A stretch of 64,000 nucleotides of DNA, from contig NW_005434575.1 of assembly GCF_000315625.1 (NCBI RefSeq), forward strand, positions 62,902 to 126,901. The letters are read 5' to 3'. Shown here piece after piece: positions 26,701-37,128 of this stretch; the stretch's first letter is position 1; the number at the start of each line of letters is the position of its first letter. Position numbers and translations under genes: made by a program. Source of the stretch: Guillardia theta CCMP2712 (Eukaryota > Protista > Cryptophyta). The notes under the pieces were generated by a model that saw only the letters and a program-made list of their open reading frames with translations, was not told the origin of the DNA and ran no database searches.

Positions 26701-28408
26701 TGAATGAATGAAAAGTGATTTTCAGATATGATCCAATGACAATTCAAAGTAACAGCAGCGGATTGATAGATGAAACTAAAATAGCCCGAGTCATTGTTGA
26801 ACACCTTTGCATTGGCAGAACAGTCGGATATACCCCTGAGAGCAGCTGGACGCATGCTTGTCTTTTGAGATGGCCTTGTGAGGATCGTCGTGTTTCTTGC
26901 TTCTTTCATCTGTTGTTGCTTTCTGAGGGGCGTCGAGTGAAGACTGAGATCCAGCTTGTTGTTCAAGCTCAGTCTCTTTGAGTTTGCTTCTTTTGTTCTA
27001 ACACCAGCGGATGAAATATCACATGATGTTCCAGCATTGATGATTTTGTCTTTGTTTTCCTTGATATACGGATCTCCGGCCTTTGGCAACATTGCGCAGT
27101 AGCCAATCTGAACCATCAATCAGACCCTGCGTCAGAGCAATAGCGCACGTGAGAAGAACACCTGAGTGATGGGCTGCTGCAAGCCTGTGTATCCTATGTC
27201 TGTAGGTCAACGTCAGAGCTTTGAATTCTTTCTGCAGATTTCACACACCCTGTGGATTGAAGTTTGTGCAAAATTGTTGACGCGCATCGTCAGGAGTTTG
27301 ACAGAGAGTTTTGAGGGAGAGAGTTTGAAAAACGGCTGTTTTGAGTATTTCCCTTGGATTTCCATATTTCATATTGTTCTGTTGTCGTACAAGGCTTGAG
27401 AACGATCTGCAACAATGTAGTCAACAGATATTCATTTCCAACATACTTAGCTTACCCTGCTGTCACTCCAAAGAGTGTGATAACCGCCTGGTCATCCACG
27501 ACAGACTCTGCTGACGTCGTCTGATAAAGCACCAACGTGAGCTTGCCATCTGGCACCTCGAAGGAAATTTGAGAATTATTTTTTATGTCGTTCTCAAATA
27601 TGAATTCACCCATCGTATAGCTGTAAACATTATACGAATACGTCACTCTTGCTGGGTCTGTATCGAGGCTTGTTCTTGTCAACGAAAAGCCAAGCTCAGT
27701 CTGACTTGCATCGATCATGTCTTCAAGTTTTATGGTCAGTGTGGTAACGTTGTTGTAATCTCCGCAATCTTTTGCGCAACCAAACCGACCGAAGCCTGGA
27801 TATTCTGTAGAAGCACAATAAAGAATCGAACTAAAGGCGCAATTGCAGAAAACGTACCATGAGTAGAAATCTGCGTTGGAGCTCAGGAATGCTGTGGAGC
27901 CGGTACCTGAGTTCAAGTATCCTCCCGAGCCCAAGTCAGACAAGTCTTTGAGAGCAAGACTGATCCCTGAACTCTCGATCATGTATGAGGAGTAAATATC
28001 CCGTTGGGTAAACAAGAGCAACAAGTACACAACGAAAAAGAGTGTCGTTCCCATCAATCTCTTATACGATGAAGAGCGAGCAATCCTTTCTCGAACTTTC
28101 GAGAGGAATCCATCTACTTGGATCTCACGCCGCATGACAGGCTCCGATCGACTTTCCAAGCCAAACAGTTTTTCTATCTCAGTGTCTCGAAGTACGTTTT
28201 CGACATCACGATAGTCATCCACCAGAGCCTGTAAAGGATCATTGATCAGGGCGTCTATTTCTTCATCTTTGATCTCTTCATCTTTTCGTCGATATCGCCT
28301 CCTCCGCAAGAGCGAGGCGACCACCGCTCCCTGCATGCGTGCGGCCCGTAGTAGTGCTGGAGCTTCTGCCTGCTGAGACTGCGGCAACAGCCCACGTGAC
28401 CCTGTCAT
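22363..28408 (-). CDS. Polycystin-2 (TRPP/PKD2)-like cation channel with a very large S1-S2 loop and a C-terminal C2 domain
   Basis: FIDSKTAEVRVEFLTYN (TOP domain), FNWVDW, RMLKGLDFQERMGLVTRTI, YAVVGNMLFG, FFILLNIFLAILVDAY; C2 domain GILQVRLLRATKLPRMDMITGCDPYC...NPEWDEVF...WDKD...DDLIG. Confidence 0.9.
23675..23880. repeat. (GA)n-type microsatellite in a PKD2-like intron
   Basis: gagaga runs with gaca/gact variants. Confidence 0.9.
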
Positions 28409-28490
28409 TTGTAGGGAGGACTTGCATGTAAGTTCACAAATGACCACCCCTGCAATAAATGACCCCCCCCTGCAACGTGACTCTTCCTCG

Positions 28491-28528
28491 AGTTAAGTTA
28501 AAATCAGTACGAGGACAATCAGGAGAGT
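28491..28528. repeat. 38-bp dispersed repeat, copy 1 (copy 2 at 55044-55081)
   Basis: agttaagttaaaatcagtacgaggacaatcaggagagt present identically at both sites. Confidence 0.9.
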
Positions 28529-28833
28529 AGTAAACCCGAGATATGTTAGAACTCGGATACGTTCTTGGAGACGCGGCGAGAAGTTCAGGGTATTGCGTCT
28601 GATCGGTGGACGAAGCTCAGCGAGATGGAAGTGGGTTTTGACATAGGTCTGGAATTAAGGAATTGACGAGCCTGAGGGTCAGGCAGTGAAGAAGGGGTTA
28701 GGAGGACACGTGTCCAGAGGGCTGTGCATTGTGATTGGGTTGCAAGGGACTGAGGCCGGACGTTAGCGCAAGGGGTAAATTTAGGTTGTTTTGCACGGGC
28801 ATTTAAAATCGCTGTGTACAATTGAACGTGGCA

Positions 28834-31748
28834 TTAGCGGCGTATCGAGGCCCCAAGTTTTTCATCATCAGCACCACATTCTCTAAGAATTTCCAAGAAC
28901 GTAGGATAAAACCATGAAAGAAGTGAGAACTGACGAACCCATCGACAGTCTCGACAAGGAGATGAAAGCAAAACACTTCGCCTCAGTACCTCCTGCCACG
29001 CCCCCGTCGACGCCAGCCCGTCGTCGTACGCCAGCCACACTACCTGACCCCTGCCTACCCTCATCACTACCGCCGACGAGTACCACCCGTCGTCGTACAT
29101 GCTCCTTGCACCCGGCGGCAGCCCCGACAGTGGCCAGCGTACAGCGTACCAGTACGACAGCGAGCTCGGGCCCCCCTCGAACTCCCTGACCACGTCGTCC
29201 CTGCCGAGCATCGGCAGCTGCTAGCGTTGCGGCTTCCCCTCGGGGAGTAGGCGCCCGGCGGACACGCCTGGCAACCCTTCCCTCCGTTCCTCCGAGACTC
29301 TCCGTAGTAGCCCGCCTTGCACTCGCACTCCTCCACGGACCTCGACCCGATTTCTGACGTCGAGTTCCCTGGACACGCCGTGCAGCTCTGCTCCGACTCG
29401 CTCCGGTACGTCCCCGCCCCGCATGACACGCATGGGCCCCCGGCCTCTACCGCCCGCCTCAGTACCTCCTGCCACGCCCCCGTCGACGCCAGCCCGTCGT
29501 CGTACGCCAGCCACACTACCTGACCCCTGCCTACCCTCATCACTACCGCCGACGAGTACCACCCGTCGTCGTACATGCTCCTTGCACCCGGCGGCAGCCC
29601 CGACAGTGGCCAGCGTACAGCGTACCAGTACGACAGCGAGCTCGGGCCCCCCTCGAACGCCGACCCTGCTGCGCTTGCGTTATTGAGCCGAGCTTCCGAC
29701 GTAGTCCAAGACAGCGCCGGCCTTGCTATCCCGAAGGCCTGCGCCAGCAGGTCCTGTACCCCGTCGCCCATCGTCACCAGCGTCCCTCCTCTCATCGTGT
29801 AGTTGGATATCGCCGCTATGTCCTGCATATACGACGGGTAGTACCAGTACCAGTACGACTGCTGCGGCAACACCATGTAAGGGATCGGCTTGCTGCTGTT
29901 GACCAGGCCCTCTAGCTCCCCGGCGTCCTGTATCAGTCTGGCCATGTCTGTCGCTAGCGACTCCAGCACGAGCCGCTGAGCTCCTCGGACATGTACGAGT
30001 ACGACATGTAGGGGCTGGCGTATACGACTCCCGCGTACTTATTCCAGTTTGCGAAGCTCTTCCCTGCCTCTGTACCCGCGGGGCACCCGCACCCTACAAG
30101 CTCCCCGCCGGCTCCTCGCGTCTCGACCATCCCGCCCCAGCACCGACACTCCTCCGACCCGACTCCTGCTCGCGCCCCCGCCGGACACGCTACACAGCTC
30201 AGCTTCCCTCCCAACCGGTCTTCGCGGTAGCCTAGCTTGCAGACGCAGCCCGTCGCGTTAGACCCTGTGAGGTCACGTAGAGCAGTAGAGTTACCCGGGC
30301 AAGGCCTACAGCTCGAGTCTCCTGCTAGTGAGTACGTCCCCTCAGAACAGGCTACGCAGACTCGCCTGGCCTGGACCGCGACGCTCCCGTACACTCCATG
30401 GAAGGACGAATACTGGTATGGGTATGAGTCCAGGAAGAGGCGCTTCAGCCCGGCTCCTCGTCCGCGTGGCAGGTACAGCACGCCCTGAGGGAGGTTCACG
30501 TACGTCCCGGAGTCCGACCAGATGTCGAAGACTCCTAGGTCGTCCTCGGCTCGAAAATAAACATTAAAGGATGATGATGATGGACTCGAAGCGTAGCCCT
30601 GCAGCCTCCTTGTGTCGATCGACTCTGCCAGCTCTGTCTGTAGCCAAGTCCTGCCCCCGGCGTCTCTGAAGCTGATCATGTTGTCGTCCGACGTCGCAGG
30701 ATACAAGGTCACGTCGATCCCCGTGCTATGCTACACCGGGCCGTAGTGATTATCCGGACACAGGCATGCCAGCGCCGACCCGTTGACACTCCCTGACCAC
30801 GTCGTCCCTGCCGAGCATCGGCAGCTGCTAGCGTTGCGGCTTCCCCTCGGGGAGTAGGCGCCCGGCGGACACGCCTGGCAACCCTTCCCTCCGTTCCTCC
30901 GAGACTCTCCGTAGTAGCCCGCCTTGCACTCGCACTCCTCCACGGACCTCGACCCGATTTCTGACGTCGAGTTCCCTGGACACGCCGTGCAGCTCTGCTC
31001 CGACTCGCTCCGGTACGTCCCCGCCCCGCATGACACGCATGGGCCCCCGGCCTCTACCGCCCGCCTCAGTACCTCCTGCCACGCCCCCGTCGACGCCAGC
31101 CCGTCGTCGTACGCCAGCCACACTACCTGACCCCTGCCTACCCTCATCACTACCGCCGACGAGTACCACCCGTCGTCGTACATGCTCCTTGCACCCGGCG
31201 GCAGCCCCGACAGTGGCCAGCGTACAGCGTACCAGTACGACAGCGAGCTCGGGCCCCCCTCGAACGCCGACCCTGCTGCGCTTGCGTTATTGAGCCGAGC
31301 TTCCGACGTAGTCCAAGACAGCGCCGGCCTTGCTATCCCGAAGGCCTGCGCCAGCAGGTCCTGTACCCCGTCGCCCATCGTCACCAGCGTCCCTCCTCTC
31401 ATCGTGTAGTTGGATATCGCCGCTATGTCCTGCATATACGACGGGTAGTACCAGTACCAGTACGACTGCTGCGGCAACACCATGTAAGGGATCGGCTTGC
31501 TGCTGTTGACCAGGCCCTCTAGCTCCCCGGCGTCCTGTATCAGTCTGGCCATGTCTGTCGCTAGCGACTCCAGCACGAGCCGCTGAGCTCCTCGGACATG
31601 TACGAGTACGACATGTAGGGGCTGGCGTATACGACTCCCGCGTACTTATTCCAGTCTGCGAAGCTCTTCCCTGCCTCTGTACCCGCGGGGCACCCGCACC
31701 CTACAAGCTCCCCGCCGGCTCCTCGCGTCTCGACCATCCCGCCCCAGC
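28834..31748 (-). pseudogene. Disrupted Cys-rich (TNFR/ephrin-receptor-like, CxxCxxGxY) repeat surface-protein gene built from 1607-bp tandem units
   Basis: CVSCGAGTY...CTACPGNS...CECKAGYY...CQACPPGAY; in-frame TAG at 30731-30733, frame changes near 29970 and 29181, no start or signal peptide found. Confidence 0.65.
29181..31748. repeat. Tandem duplication with 1607-bp period (29181-30141 matches 30788-31748) plus a partial third copy at 28979-29182
   Basis: Near-identical sequence and identical ORF translations offset by 1607; 28979-29182 matches 29455-29658. Confidence 0.92.
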
Positions 31749-32072
31749 GGTCACCGACACCCTCCGACCCGACTCGACTCCTGCTCGAGTCGGGGCGCGC
31801 CGCCGCCGTCCGATTACTCGAGTCACCCCGCCCCGTCAGTGTGTCAGTCAGTCACAGTGCCACCGGGTGAGGCTCACCGGTGTCGCAGTGAGTCAGCAGT
31901 GCCACTCGCGCCAGCGCCGCCGCCAGTGTCCGATCAGTCCGTGGTCGGGTAGCGGCCCGGATTTCTATCCAAGAACGTTATTGGACGGTTATCTGGTTGG
32001 AGCCGATAGGGAATGGCGGTGCTGGTGAGCGAGATGAGGGGAGGAAGGAGAGTTTGAAGAGGAGGCGCTGAT

Positions 32073-33103
32073 ATGGCGAGCATGGAGCCTCGTCAGCTTG
32101 TCACGTTGTCTACAACTGGCGTCTGTCTGTCGATGGCATTCGCGCAAGTCTTGGCGTCTAAGGGTACTGACTGTTGCTCTTGCGTGGTATGAGTTGACCG
32201 AGAAGCAGGAGATGCTTCTGGGTTGATATTCGGGTCCGTCACGCGAGAGAAGAAGAGTCTCGTCACAGATATCGGCTCAAAGCTTGAGCTAGTGGCTTCC
32301 ATAGACATGCAGGTGAGGTGCGAGGTCCCTCCACGAGTCTGATTGCCTCTGCAAGGTTTTCGATGTCTGCAACTTTTTCGATGGCCATGGGAATGTGAAC
32401 GGTCATGCGATCTCAAGGTATGTCACATGCTTGATTTGGTGGAGGAGGACAAGGAATCTTGTTGATCCTCTTCTCAGAGCTTGTGAGAGACAGAAGCAAC
32501 GGCTGATAGGGTGGTTCTCCTTTCGATCGAACGCCCCCCTTCGCCCTTCATCGAGAGAGATGGTGCTGGTTTCGCTTTCCCTCTCATGTCTGTGATCTCC
32601 TACATGCAGTACGTGCAGAGACAAATCGAATCGTCTCCTGAAATCAAAGTCCTGCTCCCAGAAGGGACTCAGCCTGTGTTTGGGTTGCTGTCCACGAGTT
32701 ACACTAAGAACGCCTCGACTCACTCGCTGGATTATCGTTTTCTCTTCAAGGAGAATTCTCGATCAACCATGAAGTCTTTGGAACTTGTGATCAAGAACGT
32801 TCAGACAGACTCCCAGGAGGAGTATGGTAGTTTCTCCGCCTGCAGCAAGATGGACGTTCCAAGGTAGCAGTGAGGTCGGTGCTATGTTGTGAGGCTTACA
32901 TGCTTTCTCGCAGCCTTAGCTCACTTCAACAATCTATCCAACTGCCACCACCCACCGTGAATCAGATCGAGAATTATGCTGAAGCTGCGCAAGCGCATAT
33001 AAACAGCCTGGTGGAGAAATTGGACGGACTCAGGAACGAGGTGCTGAATGAGAGCAGAGAAGTAGAGAGATTGCAGGCTCAGTATGCAGGGATCGAAAGA
33101 TAA
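32073..33103 (+). CDS. Abraxas/ABRO1 (FAM175)-like MPN-minus scaffold of BRISC/BRCA1-A complexes
   Basis: GLIFGSV...SLVTD, LIGWFSFRSNAPLRPSSRE, VFGLLSTS...STHSLDY, LELVIKNV...EY and a C-terminal coiled coil parallel the Abraxas motifs GFLLGEV, VGWYKFR, STHRLEH, LVVANL. Confidence 0.75.
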
Positions 33104-33105
33104 AG

Positions 33106-34225
33106 TCAACCATGTGATAACTGCACTCCATCACTCAATGCCTTCCGCTTCAGAGCTACTCCATGGTGCCAACGGCCTATGAGGGGGGAGGCTGCACCTG
33201 AGCCCACTGGTTCAACCTTTCCAACTCCCTCTGAACAAACGATCAGAACGAGAGATTTGAGTTGAGATTCAAAACAGCGAGAGATCACCTGTCTCGTCTC
33301 ATTATCAACCTTGCTCGCAGCGTTTCCTGACCCGAATCCCATCTTCGCCATCAACTTCCGCATAGTGGTCTTGAGCTCTCGAGGCACCTGGCACAGGTCG
33401 AACATGAGCGAAGATGACAAGTAGAACGTCAGTACCTGAGCAACAAAGCGAGGAGTGAAGTTGTAGAACAGAGAAACGAATCCCCACCACTCCAGAATCA
33501 GCCCGAGCTGCGTGTTGAAACTAGAATAGAAACTCAACTTCGCTGCTTCTGTTGGATAAACAAGAGCCGTCAGTGCATGCAGACCTCTCTCACAGAAGCA
33601 CACAGCAACACGTGTGTAAGATTGAAGCAGAAGGTGAGGAAGAGTGGAGCGGTATCAGAGGACCTGAACACACCATACCTGCATGAGTTATGATGAGGAG
33701 CATCCCGAAGACCATGATCAGAGTTCCATTCATTCTCATCTTGAACTTCGATCGACCATGGCGGTCAAACTGTCGGGAATTCATCAGAACCAGACCCAGT
33801 CCACATATCGTCGCTATGTTCGTGATCATCAACCCTGCTCCGCATCCCAAACGCTGTATTTTTCCAGTTTTAGGCATGAGCCGCGCATTGCAAGATGCCA
33901 TGGCCTTTGGCAGGTACAAAAGACTTAAAAAGATCAGCGCCAATCCCATATTTTTCGGTCCCAGTTTCTTTGCCAGCCCTCCTCCTCCTCCTCGAATGCG
34001 CTGAACAGCATCGACTTCCACGAGTTCGTTCATGTATGGCGCTTGCACCTGGTTCCATGCGCCAGAAGACCCCGCGTACTTCTGAAGGCTTTGCTGAGGA
34101 TGGCGAAGATGCATGGTTGAGTGCTGAACAAGACCCATGGAAGAAGAAGGGAGGAGCATGAAGATGGTTCCGACGCAGGTCAGAGCATAGATGTTCCTGC
34201 TCACCAAGCGCGGAGGCCAGGCCAT
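33106..34225 (-). CDS. Got1-like small membrane (vesicle transport) protein with N-terminal presequence
   Basis: Hydrophobic helices; GTLIMVFGMLLII and LGLILEWWGFVSLFYNF resemble Got1 (G..LE.YGF..LF..F.P); signal-like start and RIRGG. Confidence 0.55.
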
Positions 34226-34581
34226 GGCAGCGAGCTGTCTTAAAATTGTAATAAACGTGTCCGGGAGCATGGCAGACCGGATTCAATGTTCTCTACAAGG
34301 AACATTTGAGGTCCCTGTACGGAACTGTGCGATGAAGCCCTTGATCCCTAGCTAGAGTGCGGTATGCAGAGCGTGAAGGAAACGTAATGAAGGAAGGAGG
34401 AGAAGATGATAAGAGCGAGAAGATGAGATGGAGAAGGAGAGGATGAAGATGAAAGCCGGCCTCAAGGATCACGCAGCGATGGGTAGCGAAGAGAAGACCG
34501 GATTTCGGGTTGGTTGGACTCATTCGACCTATCAAATCTGTCTTGACACATGATCGGGATCCTTGATTCGACATCCAAGAA

Positions 34582-35939
34582 ATGATGGGGATCGTTGATC
34601 GTGTGTGGATTCTATCGCTTGTGATTGTGACTATGAGCGGATGTTCTTCCAACCAAAGGATGTTCTTCCAACCCGGAAACGACATCACAGGTTCACATGC
34701 TCTTATGGGACATCTTGGTATCGTAAGGAATGTGGTGTGTGGTCATTTACGCCTCCGGGGTGGCAAACGCAAGAAGAGAGTAGAAAAGGCGAAGGAGCAA
34801 GACAAGATCATCAAGTCCATTGCAAAGCCAAAGAAGAAAAAAACACATTACAAAGCTGGGACGAAAGACTATGTTCCGTTGGACATTCCTTATTTGTACG
34901 TGATTGGTGGAAGATCGACGCAATTTGAGCTTTCGATTGTACAAAGGTATGATGTCACAACTAAGGATTGGACTCCATCATGCAAACTTGAAAGCCCCCG
35001 TGCATATTCAGCTGCTGCCAGACATGGCAACAAAATCTACCTGATTGGAGGAATTAGCAACAACCAGCCACTTAATTCCGTACGGAGTTTTTCACCTTAT
35101 TCTGACGATGAGACCTGGAAAGTTGAAAAAATGATGCCATTTGCCAGAAGAAACTTCGCTTCTGCTGTGCATGATAATCAAATCTTTATCTTTGGTGGAA
35201 CGGGTATGCCGAAAGCCATGGTCAACACGGAGTCAACGGAAGTTTGCTTGAAAAGTGTGCAAAGCTTCCTACCTGATTTCCAGTTCTGGCAGAACCATAC
35301 TGACATGCCCATAGAAAAGCAGTTCTGTGCGGCAGTCAGCTTTGGAGATAGAATCTACGTCATGGGAGGCTATTCTAACGTTGAAGGGGACGATCTCGAT
35401 ACAGAACTGGATTCCATGCACAGCTACGATCCTGTTCTACGTGCGTGGAAGGCAGAGCCGCCAATGCCAACGCCAAGAGCAAACTTTCAGGTCTAAGAGG
35501 CCAGGTCATGATCATAATGTTTGACTGTGAGATTCTTTCAAATCAGGCTGTTGCGATCGCGGGCAGGATTTACGCGATTGGTGGCATGTCAGGAGGGTTA
35601 CAAAAGGCAGACGTGGAGAGCTTCGATCCGACTACTGTAAGCTGAACATGTCTTCTTCGCCTGTCAGTAACGATGTGTTTCAGAGGGAGTGGAGAATTGA
35701 GCCTCCTCTCAATCAGAAACGCAGTGCCTTCGCAGCTGAATGCTTCAACGGATATATCTATGTCGCAGGTGAGATCAGTTCCTTCAGCAGAAGGATGATT
35801 TGATTGCAACGTGGATAGGAGGAATCGTCGGAAGCTCCGAAATCAGCATGGTGGAATGCTTCGACCCCTATTCCCAAAGGTGGACGGTAGATTCATCCCT
35901 TCCGACTCGACGATGGGCCCTGTCCATGGTTGCAATCTG
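34582..35939 (+). CDS. Kelch-repeat protein with signal peptide, LRLRGG and a basic patch
   Basis: Repeated LYVIGG, IYLIGG, IFIFGG, IYVMGG, IYAIGG with Y..D...W spacing; short 3' introns. Confidence 0.88.
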
Positions 35940-36161
35940 AGCTGTCGCATCCGGTTACAGTGGAATCCTGTCATGATTCTTTATTTTATATGGAAGCAAC
36001 CAACAGATACTTGGCAAAAGAGCATGACAACTGCGCAAACGAAATAATAAGATCCTTTGAGAGGTGATCATGGAGGATGCATTATCAACTCCTGAGTCAG
36101 GAACGTAGCTCAACGCGCGTTCAAATCCTGTACCTGAGGCTAATTTCTACACATCATTACA

Positions 36162-37128
36162 TTATTCCTGATTCACTTCTATTGCATTGCGCTCATTATT
36201 GGATGTTTCAGCGAACAAGGGAGCTGGTTTGATCTCAGAAAACTCCTGCATTTGGTTTCCCAACTTCTCACGGTATGATGGAAAAGCCGATGCATCGCAT
36301 GGCCAAATGTTCGGACACATTTGGCGCTGCAGTTCTGTACCCTCAGTATAGTCCAGATATTCAAAGACGCAAGTCTTGCCAGTAAGATGTGAATACACTT
36401 GCTTGTATACCTCCAGCTTGCTCTCTGTATCTGGTTTGGAATTGATCTCCAACATGAAGTGATGGGTTGGTTTCTCAATTCCAACATCGTGTATCTCATA
36501 CTTTGCAGAAACACGATGAGGCCAGACAAGATCTTCAAGATAGCCTTCATGAACAGCTTGCTGCGATAAAATGCCGTCAGTGACGAAAAACAGACAAACT
36601 CGTTCAGCAACTCACCACTGTCCGACTTCTAGGGCGCTTCTGCTTTTGCAACCTCTTTCCAGGCTTCTCCCTGGGAAGGATTCTACGATGCTGAAGCAAG
36701 AATATGTGACAATTGAACTCAGCTTCCAAGATCTGGCAAAGAGAGATCTGGAAATTCCGGTAGTCCTTCATTTCGATGTTCGGGATGGTCAGTAACAGGG
36801 CTCTGTCGGAGGTCTCTTTAATCGGAACCTCCTTGACTGACATCACATGCAGATACTTGATCATTTTGAAGTTGTCATCGTTCTGGTACAAATCAAAGAG
36901 CTTCTGCACAACGAGAGTTTCAACATCTGTGGGTGGATTCTTCTTGCGCGATTTGAAGTCTCTGAGGAGGATATCCGAGGCTTGCTTATTCTGACAGAAA
37001 GGTCTTCGAATCTGATCCATTCCTCCCCGAAGCCTCATATGAAGATGAGGTGAAGAGGGAGCATGGCCCCCAGACGTACACGGAAAGACCGCAAGAAGTA
37101 GCGTTGCGACTGTCAAAAATGCCTTCAT
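36162..37128 (-). CDS. rps7: Divergent 40S ribosomal protein eS7 with N-terminal signal peptide
   Basis: HRRILPRE...[25 protein letters not shown]...VYKQVYSHLTGKTCVFEY matches eS7 (QRRILPK...[23 protein letters not shown]...VYKKLTGKDVNFEF); intron 36561-36615. Confidence 0.88.

Noticed and set aside
30731-30733. Programmed TAG readthrough or variant genetic code
   Set aside because: TAG terminates other genes here (POLE, PKD2-like) and the locus has other lesions; a nonsense mutation is simpler
34747-34764. Ubiquitin gene or ubiquitin fusion
   Set aside because: Only the terminal hexapeptide matches; upstream residues do not resemble the ubiquitin fold
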